NCBI GenBank assembly: GCA_004764695.1
Contig: SMSO01000035.1
Coordinates: 1,426,001 to 1,490,000, forward strand
DNA length: 64,000 nt
Origin: Schizochytrium sp. TIO01
Taxonomy: Eukaryota; Protista; Bigyra: Labyrinthulomycetes
Direction: 5' to 3'
Position 1 is the first letter of the stretch. Each line of letters begins with the position of its first letter. The translations under genes and the position numbers were made by a program. The notes under the pieces were generated by a model, which was given only the letters and a program-made list of their open reading frames with translations, had not been told where the DNA came from and ran no database searches. Below, piece after piece: positions 11,608-22,414 of the stretch.

Positions 11608-12276
11608 ATGGAGGTTGCCCTCATCTCGGGGCTTGGGTTCACCTTTGCTCAAGAGCAGATCTTGGGCGGCGAGGGTGTCTTTGATGAGTCATTCCTTTCG
11701 CAACTGGAGCCTACGCGAGGATTGGCCGGGTTCAAGCGTCGTGCGGACTCCACATGCTCCTCATTTGCTGGCGAAGGCGAGACTGCCTCTGGAAAGCGAC
11801 GCAAGCTGCCTTGTGAGCCATTGGCACTTTCTGACGCTTTGCAACAGCTCGCGCTCCCCCCTGCGCTTCTCGAGGTTGTCGTGGACGTTCTGAGCGCGGA
11901 AGACTCTGAGCTCAGCGATTCCGAAGACTCCGACGGAGACTCTGACTGCGACGAGAACGACGACGCTGCCGAACGACCCGTGGCTGCCTTTGATATTGAA
12001 AACTCCGAAGACATGTTCTGCTTCTACGCTGTGCCCGACTCCGACTGCGACTCAGATGAGGAGGACGACTCCGACGACGAATTCGCAATGGTGGATGTCC
12101 CCCTTACTTTCTTCGCAATCGCTAGCGACGACGAGGAAGACGACGAGGAGGACAGCGACGCCAGCGACGCCGGTTGCAGCTGCTCATCGTCTGCCTCAGT
12201 GAATGCCTCAGAAGCCCTCTCTATGCCGGCGCTGCCATCAAATATCTTCTCGCCCATATCTGCATGTGGCTTGTGA
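11608..12276 (+). CDS. Hypothetical Asp/Glu-rich protein (~222 aa) with NLS-like basic motifs
   Basis: ATG in CACCATGG context at 11608 inside ORF 11452..12276; GC3-rich coding-like codon usage; KRR...GKRRK; three acidic tracts. No family recognised. Confidence 0.6.
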   Translation: MEVALISGLGFTFAQEQILGGEGVFDESFLSQLEPTRGLAGFKRRADSTCSSFAGEGETASGKRRKLPCEPLALSDALQQLALPPALLEVVVDVLSAEDSELSDSEDSDGDSDCDENDDAAERPVAAFDIENSEDMFCFYAVPDSDCDSDEEDDSDDEFAMVDVPLTFFAIASDDEEDDEEDSDASDAGCSCSSSASVNASEALSMPALPSNIFSPISACGL

Positions 12277-13097
12277 CAGACACAGACACGTTCTGCCACT
12301 GCCTAAACCTGCCTCGGGTGTCTATTTATGAATGGACGCCCGCTCGCACATGTACGATGATGAAGATGAAACGAGGAGGCCATCAATTTCTCCATCGCAG
12401 AGATTGTGCCCTCCTCAGATGCCCACTCGCCCTCCTGGCTCCTGTCGCCTCCTGCCCATATTTTTTAGACTTCTCCACACCCTCTGAGCAAACTCCTTGC
12501 GGAGAGGAATCAACACAGCAACATTTATTCGCCTTCTCGGCGCCGTTGGCGAAAGTGGCCCAAGAATTGGCCAATTTGTCGATCAATCGATTAAATAATG
12601 AATTAGTCGAGCGATCGAGCGATCAAACCGCGAACCCGGCTCGTCTGCTCCTGTGCTATTGTTAAAGATGGCGACGCCGGGCGCGGTACCTTGACCTTTA
12701 TTCTCTCCCTAATCAGCCCTTTGACCAATCTCTTTCCTGGTTCTCGAGCTCTAACTTCTTCGTTGCCGTCGGACTCCGCAGTCTCGACGGCGTGCTCGAT
12801 GACCACCACTCCGCTAGGGAATACCTACCGGAAAAGCTAGCCATAGCGCTGAGAACAATTGCAGTATTTGTAGCGCGCCGCTCCCTTCTTTTTCTCTTAT
12901 CTATTCAGCTAGTAGCTCCGACTTAAATGATAAACTGACGATCTTTGACTCCTCCCCACCCCTTCTCCCTCCTCTGTCACCTCTGTCCTCTTGCATGGCA
13001 GCCCATGCTCCCGCGCAAACACGCGTCAAAGTCCAAAGCGCGCCGGCATGACGTCTTCTTTTCTTCTCCTCATTCTCTTTATTTATCGCCACGGTTC

Positions 13098-13098
13098 T

Positions 13099-13145
<47 letters not shown>
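13098..13145 (+). repeat. (TTTC)n microsatellite / polypyrimidine tract
   Basis: Directly visible. Similar tracts occur at about 53270-53335 and 58615-58646, and as (GAAA)n near 10540-10575. Confidence 0.9.
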
Positions 13146-13146
<1 letters not shown>

Positions 13147-16100
13147 TTCTTTTCTTTTCTTTTCTTTCTTCTCTTTGCTTTTCTTTCCTTTTCCTCTTTT
13201 CTTTGCTTTTCTTTTCTCTTCTCCTTTCTTTTCTTTCCCCCCTTATTTCGTTCTCATAGCTAACACGAGGTACCCTATGACTTTTACTTAGATACTTACT
13301 TAGAAGTAGCCTAATGTCTTTGTCTGCCTTTTGCTCTGGGATGGACCCCCCTTCCATCGGACCATCTCCTAGCAACCCAAGGGAATCAGCTTGAAAGAAT
13401 AGGGACCCATAGTCCCCGTACCATGCCCGGAGATGGTGTGTATGGTGTGTACCGAGCAAGGTGTGCGCCCTTCGGACTTGAACCATCCTAGCAAAGCGCT
13501 ATCTCTGTCCTAGCTCTAGAGTAGCGATGGCACATTCCGGGGGCGCTATTAGCAGCAGCAGCCAATAATGTGTTGCCTTTCATGAGCCAGCTGCATAATG
13601 AGGACTGCCATACGCACCATCGATGACCATGAATCTCCCGTGGCTCAAATCAACTAATGGTTCCGTCGGCGATATGTGCGTTGTGCGTTCTGCAGCGACC
13701 ACCTTTCACGAAGCTGGCATGATATTCATTCACCTATCCATCTGCCCATCAATCTATTTATCCATTTTATGTACCCATCGACTGATCCATTAACTTATTT
13801 AGGTGATCGATTGGCAAAGCGTTCAGTCGAGTCAGTCAGTCAGTCAGTCAGTCAGTCATTGGATGGCTCGGGGCGAGCCTGATTTTGGCAGACCCGTGAT
13901 TGCCACCGCTGGCTGTCAATGGGCTGCTCGAGCTCGCTTCAAGCCCTCAAGTTCTCCTGCTAGCCAGCTGGCCACAAAGCGACTTCTTCTTCTTCTTCTT
14001 CGCAGCCTTAAGTTTCTCTGGTAACCAGGAAGGACCATTTTCGGTCCGCTGGCGAGCGGAGCTACTCTTACCTTTGGCTAAGTCGCTCCTACGAGTTGCC
14101 GACTCGGCCCTCTCAACAGAAACTCTAGGAGTGCCCATAGGTGGAATCGCCATCGAGAACCACTATCACTGTAGGGAGAAGGGCAGGGTGTAGGGATTAG
14201 GGTAGGTACTCTGTGGTAGGGCTACGAGAAGGTTGGATGACCCAAATAACAGGAGCTTAATTAATATGGATTAATGTGAGAAACATTCGCTTTGCTTGGC
14301 ACGGCGATGTGTACAATACGACGTCGGTGGTTGGGATAGTTGCCCAGAGAAGAAGGTTGGCTGTCCATGGCCATTGGCAAGGAGTGGTGGAGATTGGAAA
14401 CCCAAGAATAACTTACTGTACCTACGAGACGACGGCAATGGTGGAGACGAAATTGGCAGTGATGCTGCAGGCAGAACCAGACTAGGCGGCTGGACACGGA
14501 GACAAATGCTGTCAGTCTGATCTTCAGTGCTACTGTAGTAGGGTAGTAGATCAGTCCTCTATTATCTCTAGAGCTACTTGCTTAGCTGTCTGATTGTACT
14601 CTAGCTAGAAAGCAGGAAAGTAAGCATTGCCAAGGTTGGAGAAATGCATGCAATGCAGTAGTAATACATAGTAATAGGAATGGATGAAGGATAGATATTG
14701 CAGCTTAAACTGTGGTGGGTCGTTGGGTGGAGTACTCCTGTAGAAACTATGCCTTTGCGGTAGGACCGAAGCAACCTAAGGCTTTGTTTGCTGCGAGATA
14801 ATGAAGCAGGGTTTGTCGGCGAGTAGGTCCTTAATTCATGAAGCTGGTTGACAGTTTGAGAAAAGTTGCGAGATATTTATGATGATGCCCATAAGTTTAT
14901 TCATTGGAAAACTGATGACAAATGGAAGGCTAGATGATCCCTCTCATGCTCAATTTTGCAATTTATAAGGTGTAGTAGCTATTATCGCCCTCGCTAACTT
15001 GAGGTTACACTCATCAATCTTATGTCAGAAATCAAGTCAAAACTTTTACGATCGCAAAAGTGCTGCCAGAATCACTTTATACCTACTTTACATACTTTCC
15101 TCGCACATGGATAAGGTAGATAAACTAGCTCATCCTCTGTCGAGCCCTAAATCAATCTCAACAAGTGTCTATAATGCAGCGAGCGGATCATCTGTAAAAC
15201 TGTATATTTATTCGCAAGCTTTTGGGTATACTACACAAGTGGTAAATGCATTTGCTGACAATGAAGTAGCCCATATCTGATCTTGGCAATTTTGTACAGT
15301 TTTCAGACTTGAAGTTGGGAATGATCAGGAGGCCCTCTTTCCCTCGCTTTTTGAACAAGGTATCGACAGATAACCAAGAACATGTCACTTGATACTTGCA
15401 GCTAATGTTTTGCAACGTAAAACCTAAAACTTCTCAAGGCAAAAACTCCATATTAATATAATTATAGATGGGTTTGCGGTCCACGGTTCGCCTCTTGTCT
15501 GCTCAAACCACGAGAGAAGTACCAGGTAGGTACTTTCGTCACTCCGCTCCCATTCATATGCCTTAGTTGCTCTTGGTCACTGATGCAATTATCACCTCCG
15601 CTTTCCCCTAAACTTTTCAAGCAACTTTGTATTGCGCAACTCATTTCCCTTGAACCCTCTTCGCGAAGGTAGGTACAAGGTACCTGTGCAGAGTATTAGT
15701 TGGTAGCATTAATAGTAGATTGTAGAGCCCTCAAAGATATTGAATCGTTGTGATAGTCAAGCGGGAAAAGGAGGCTCGGGCATTTGCAATATACAATTGA
15801 ATTTCAAAGAGTCTGAATCAGAGCCTCTAAAGACGATATAGATTCTTATAGCCGCGTCAAGGTTTGGCTCTTTCAAGATGGTATTGATCCTGTTTTCATT
15901 TGATTTTCACCAAAATGTTAATTATATATATATTTTTAATTAAAATATAATAATAAAATAATAAAACATGTTTTAATTGAAAACAAAATTTGAAAAATAA
16001 GAGAATTTCAATAAACTTATAAAAGTGCTTACAAAATAATTTTTAGTTTTTTTTTTCTTTGTTTAGTTTTTCGTTCTTCTTCTTCCGTGCTTGTCTTTCA

Positions 16101-17169
16101 TCAAGCACCTCAACCAAGCTCAAACCAAACGGCACGTGAATATGCTCTGTTCCTTCGGAGTACCAACTAAGCAGAGCCTTCTTGCATTTGTTTGTATGCC
16201 CCGCGAAAGACATTTGCTGGGGCCGGACGGCCTCCATGTTGTGCCGCGGCGCTCGATTTGCCTGCGTCTTGAAGAATGGACTCCATTTTCTTTCTTTTCA
16301 TCTCAATTTCTCGACGTGCTAGAAGGGGGTGCACTAGCGAACACTACAGTACCTCATAGAAAGGATTCATAGTCTGATTGCTGCAAAACATGTGAGTTCG
16401 CAGCTTCTATTCCTTCTGCCTACCACACTTCTCGTTCTCTCATGATGCTTTCCTTTCCATCCTCGTGTGCTCCTAGTAATAATAGTCTCTTGTTTTTCGT
16501 ACTATAGGAAAGTAATCTGTTCCCACATGACTGTCAGCGAAGCAAAGATTGCTTTCTTTGATTCGGTGAATGAAAAATTGCCATCGATGGATCTCTTCGT
16601 TCGTTTGCGATGCCAGAGAGAGGACACAGCACGATTGATGGCCTCAGGTTAAGTTCTCATGATACGGTCGCCAATGCGAAGTTTATGTCAATGTTGGAAA
16701 TGAATCAAAGTCATACATACGTACGTGAATTGTGCTATTGTTGTTGGAGCTTCCTGAAGGCTTGTTGGATGGATGGATTGATTGATTAATTGTAGTTTTA
16801 AGAAATTGATTTCTGCTGTGGTACGCACTAGGGTAGTACTACCGCTGTGTCGTATACTCTCAACAACGACTCACCCAAGCCACTGCCACATGTCAGGCCT
16901 ATACGCGCTGCTTCTGATACTTGGATAAACATCAAAGTGAAGTTCTCATACCGACTCACCAATATCGCAGGTATTTAGGTTGCTTCTGCAGCTAATTCTC
17001 AGCTATGTCTACCATGAATGGAATGTTTGGGGATGCAGCAGAATCCATTTGCGCTTGCACGCGATTCTGGTATACTAGTTCACAACACACGACATGACAC
17101 TGGTAACGACATGCCGCAATGTGCGAGCCAAGTGAGGGACGCGTGGATTGCTGACCAGGATACTAGCAA

Positions 17170-18790
17170 GGGGCACCTATAAAATGCATAGTCACGTCTT
17201 GACCTATGAGATCTACTGGGAAGCAAGAGCTCTTTGAGCAACATTAATTTATATCATCGGTCGCTAAAATTCCGCATAAATCAACGGGCGAGTACACAAC
17301 GACAGACATGGCTGACTAGGAAGTCAACTGCAAGGTCATGTACCATAGTTAATCATAGCAAAGAGTACCCCAGAGCTCTAGAAAGCATGAAGAAAATCAT
17401 ATTATGCCATGCCATGCTATGCATGTTGTGCTCCAATTTTCCTGAAGCATACAATGATAATCAATGTAGCTGTTTCGATTTACCTTGTATTTTTATACTG
17501 CGGACGGTTGTCCATTTGGATTCTTTGCGGCCCATGCATTTTTTTTGTATAAAAACCGTGAGCACTTTGGCTTTCAAAGACGCCAGTAATTCTATTATCC
17601 ATGCCACCTCGGCACTAATTTGTTCGTTGACGATGATGCCAGATATGTTGCAGCAACGATTTCTGCCTTAGTGCTGCCTTGCCAAAGAAGTGATACGACC
17701 TGTTGGAAGGCCATGTAGCTTTGCTCACTAGAAGCAGGCGAAGTGTTTTCTGCATGAATTCTTCGTACACAACGAAGCCAGCCGGCAAGAGCTCCGCGGA
17801 GTTCTCATCCATGACTTCTTCAAGTTCCTGCAAGGATCTTTAAACAGAATGGAGGATGTTTACGTACTCCATAAAAATTATTCCCGTCATGATTACACGC
17901 TTCAGTATACCCATCATGCAAGCTTACTTATGTCCCTCTTCCTCGAGTACGCTTCGTCTGGGTCACTATATCCATCAATGTAAAGTTGGAAGCGACTAAG
18001 GTATTGTTGTTATTTTGCAAAACTGCAGTTTATCAAAAAAAAAACGAATCGATTCTTTTTCGCAAAGAACAGTTTTTGTTATTTGGGTATAGGAATACCA
18101 TATGCCCTTATTCTTGGACTAAAACTTCTCCTGTTTGACGACTACAATACCATGCTTGAAGAAACCTTGGACACTAAAGGCAGGACTCTCCAGCTGCCTA
18201 AGATCACACGGCCTAATGCAGCTGGTGCCGCTTTCGAGTTCTCCCCCCCCCTCGATCAATCGCCACACGCAAGCCCTTGGCCCGATTATAGCAGCAGCTC
18301 TGAAACGATTCGTTTGATTTATTGTTCTCATTTTTATTTTTAATAAAGAAGCCTTGGCGCTTTCGATTTTCCACGTGCTCCGTCATAAACGTTGCACCGC
18401 TAGCTCGCTCCTCAGATGTTAGTGCGCACGACTGAGAAGCTGCAATTGACTGTAGACAATCAAGCAAACCGCACTTCAAATCAGTTGTTGGGCTTCATCA
18501 CGAACGAGTGAACAGATGGGCGAAGTGAGCGTCCTGGAGCCCGACTCACATTCAGTGTCGCCGTACAGCGCTGATTTTGATGTTCTTTCATAAAACGAAA
18601 CCACAAAAACAAAATAATAGAAATTAAAACATCGCAGAATAGGTGCGAAGTATTTCTTACAAGTTTAATCGTCGACGGTACTCCAATACAACAGAAAGGT
18701 AAACACACGTGTGCTAAGCTAGCAAAGTACGTACCAGTGAAATTGGCTTTTTTTTCACACTCCACCAGAGAGAACGCCAACTGAATTGTG
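17170..18790 (-). pseudogene. Probable fragmented or decayed DRC8/EFCAB2-like EF-hand gene
   Basis: Colinear minus-strand fragments: IQLAFSLVECEKK (~18790-18740, then GTACGT); QEKF/SPRIRAYGIP (~18135-18090, frameshifted); LQELEEVMDE...GFVVYEEFMQKTLRLLL (17833-17730, then GTGAGC); DFLHAF/RALG (~17398-17367, frameshifted); LKELLL (~17238-17221); GAP (~17178-17170). The order matches my recollection of DRC8, but I could not build a clean gene model. Confidence 0.35.
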
Positions 18791-21700
18791 ATAAATTCGA
18801 AGGATCGCTGTAACTCGGTGTTTGATAAATTGATTTGGCCTTCCCCATTTCCCTGGCCGGGGCTCATTGGTCAGTGTGGAGCTAGCTATCTATTGTTCGC
18901 AATGCGTGCCGTTTCCAAAGGAGATCCGTGATCTAAAGGGGCACCTACGGTCAAGAAGGCAGAAACCAAGACGCTCCCTGAGGATGGCGCTCTCAAGATG
19001 GCGCTCCAGAACCAGCTCTTCTTTTTATTCAATCTCCACGCCATGAAAAGTTATCGTACCCAGTGTTTGTATTATTCAAGTTGTACCAATATATATATAT
19101 ATATATACATTAAATTTTGTTTATTCTATTTATTTATTTACAATGAAAACATATTTTATTTTATCGTATAATTTTACTAACTTCCTCCCCGAAATAAGAC
19201 AGAGGTAGGTATCAGCGAAAGCAATAATCGGCGAGAAGTTGTCATGTTATTGGCATCGCCTTCTACCGCGCGGAGTTCTGGGGGCAGCAACTTCAGCGGT
19301 TACGACAGCACTCGAACCTTCAGCAGCCGAACATTGTTGTCATCACCTGTGTCCTATTACTTCTATTTTAGCCAACACTGTATCACTTCGACTAGTCTCC
19401 ACCTTGAAAGCCAAAACTACGTTCCCGTTCTATTATTAAATCAATCAAAAAGATGTATGCAGTTCTGAGGTACAACCCTTAATCACAGGGAATCGAAGGA
19501 GTCTACAAAAAGAGGCGCCAACTCGTACTTCACAGCAAGACGCAAAGCGCACCAGCCACTTGCGTGCCTTGATAGATCCTGCGGACATTCCACGAATATG
19601 CAAGACCTGGCCGGCGAGAGGACGCGAGACCTCTCACGCGGAGCAATTTAGTCGGTGCTGCATTTGGACATTTGGACAATTGATTCTTCAAGTCGATTGC
19701 CTCGCATCTATCATCCCTCCGGCCATCTACTATGCAGCGAATTGATTTGGACTGATTCTGCTCTGGTCACAGCTGAGCGATATGTACTTACCTCGCTTTG
19801 CCGGAAGGAATAGGTGAATGAATATGTATGTATACATACTACATACATTCATAGCAAATGCATACAAATCTATACAACATGTGCCACGGCTCGAAACGCG
19901 AGTCGACGTCCGCCCTTCAAGCCGCCTTCGCGTGGTCCAGATCTTGACCCGACGCTGCAAATGAACCCAGAAACAGCTGGAGATAATTGCACATTCTGGT
20001 CATGATTTGAGGGCCTCCGTACTTACCTCCTCCTTCTACTTGCACTATGTATATATATATATAACTAATATGCTCTCACTCGGACACGTGCGACTCATGC
20101 GTTCTGAAAGCCAATAAGTATTTATCTGCGATCTATGGGAACTGTGGATTGATTGATTGATTGGACGATTGATTGATGAATCCAAGTCTGCCAAGGTAGG
20201 TACTACCTGCGACCAGAAAGCGAAGCTGGAGGAGGGGTGGTGAGGCCTCAAGAAACGAAAGAATGCGATTGGTTATGGGCAGAAGAGCGCATTCCTGGCC
20301 ACAGCGATGCCGTTCTATTCATTTCGAGTCTATTCACGCGCCGAAGCAGAACTCGTTGCAGAAGCATCGGTCGATCAAACTCACGAGCAGAAGAGTTTCT
20401 CTTTTGTTTTCTTCTTTATAACTTGTTAGTTGATCTTCTCTTTCGAAGATGTCTTTTTCCCCTTATTTTTCCCCCAAGTTTTCATTTTTCCAATATGGAT
20501 TTAAAAACAAAAATGCATTTTTTTTTAATGTTTTTTTTTTAATAATTCCAACAATTGAAGAGTGCGCAGTTGGATAATTGAGAATCGTTCATCAACTTGT
20601 TGAGTAGGTCCATCTCCGTTTCAACACGGAGCTGTGCCAGATATGTGACGACTAGAGGCTCGGCAGACCGAGGCGCATATTATGTTGGCGTGGCTTCTGA
20701 ACAGACGGAGCGCTGCTGACAATAAGCCTGTCGCGAAGAGCAGCGGTAGGCGTGGCATTGCGGCAGTTCTCCACCTGTGCTTTTATGGCGCACGTGCCTG
20801 CACAAGTCGGAGACCATTTTAATGGATACCCCTTCACTACCGAAAACACCAATAGTCTCTTTCTTTTTTCTTTCTTTTTAACTGCTTCGCTTGGCTAAGT
20901 TGTCATATAGATAGATTCATTCGTTCAGATACACTAAAACCCTCAACTTCGATTGAAGCAGCTGCTTGTGCAGAAACCTGCAACAGGGGGAACGCTCTGC
21001 TCCGACGTGGGTCGCAGGTATTGGTCTGGCCCTGTTTGGTTTCAAACGCTTCCAGCCAATACTCAACATCAAAATTGACGTCGTTTCTAAGTGACAAAGT
21101 TGTAAAAATTCATTGAAAAGTCCCTTTGATTTCCACTTTCTTTTTCTCACGATAAAAACACTCTTTTAATCCCCAGAGGTGAAAAGAATTCCAGTCAAAG
21201 TGGCGCTGAGTAAGGGAGCGTGTGCTCGTTTTCCTGCACTTTCTCTTTCTTTGCTTCCTTCCTTCGTTCATCCGACTCTCGCGCTACTTACTCTCCATGC
21301 TAGCGTCGGCCAGTGCCTTCTCTGCCTCCTCCCAACCTGAGCTTTTACCCAGGCAGGCCGAAGGATTGATAGAATAGTAGCCATTTTTAATTAGCTATCT
21401 ATGCTCGTGACAATAAGGCACTCACCCTAACCTACCTACCTTTAGACCTAGGATGAAAAGGAAAACATTGTGAATTAATTTTTATTGTTTATTATTTCAG
21501 AATTCATTTTTGCTCCGTCGGAAGTAGTGATCAATTATAAATTGTAAAAAGCAAAACCTGAATCGAAGTGATCGCTCGCTCTGTGCTATAGCTGGCACGC
21601 GAGAACGCATTCTTGGTCGTTTCCTTCCTTGGGACCACCGCTCTAAATTCAATAGGTACTTGCAGATAGGTCATCGCTGGTCTGACCTTGCATTTCGATC

Positions 21701-22414
21701 ACTCGCTAAGGGATAATTGGAAACCAGTTCTTAAAAGACGCGCTCGGGAAGGTGGAAGTGCTTCTGGCCGGCTCTGTCTACTACATAAAACGGGGCGTGC
21801 GTCGAGCTTCTGCTGCCTGGCAGTCCCTGTTTCCTGAGCTCTACCCTGCTTTTGTTTGCTTGCTTGTTTGCTGGTCCCGGTCTCAAGGTTTGCTAAATTT
21901 AGAGGGTGCCGACCTGCAACAAGGAAGAACGAAAGAGGTAGTAAGGTAGTCTTGCCGGCAAGCAATTGATTAGTCGATCCCCAGCACTTGGCGAAGGTAA
22001 GACCTGTCTAGGAAGGCAATAGCGGACGCGCCACGTTCGCTTCGAATTCTTGGTGCTTGCTTCCATCTTTATTCCAGCAGCAGCAGCAAAAGTTGTGCAT
22101 TTCTTTTCGATTGCATTCCAAATAAGCTTTAAGCTAGGTTGCACAAGCAAGTGTCGCGCAGGAGCATCCAACCAGCTTGAAGCAAACCCCGATCTCGTCG
22201 CGGAGGCGGCGATCATCGTCTTTACTTTGTTGTACACAACTCGTTCACGCATCCGAAAGGTGGCGTGCGAGGATTCTGTCCGTGTTATAAGATGGTCGCT
22301 GGAAAGGCATCCCAAATTCCCACTATGCAAAGCGCCAACAGCACAAGACCCTCGTGCAAAAGAAAGCGGGCGGTCCAGCGCCAGCACCAATACCAGCACC
22401 AGACACAAAGCCGA

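Noticed and set aside
10032-11642. Several 100-170 aa ORFs (HTYI, ERKK and SFFL repeats)
   Set aside because: They are translations of microsatellites, with no coding signal.
12676-12687. GCCGGGCGCGGT (and GTGGCGCGTG at 9626) resembling the 7SL/Alu 5' end
   Set aside because: The matches do not extend, and no SRP helix 8 motif follows.
14065-14090. CCTTTGGCTAAG resembling the U2 snRNA 5' region
   Set aside because: No branch-point recognition sequence or Sm site follows.
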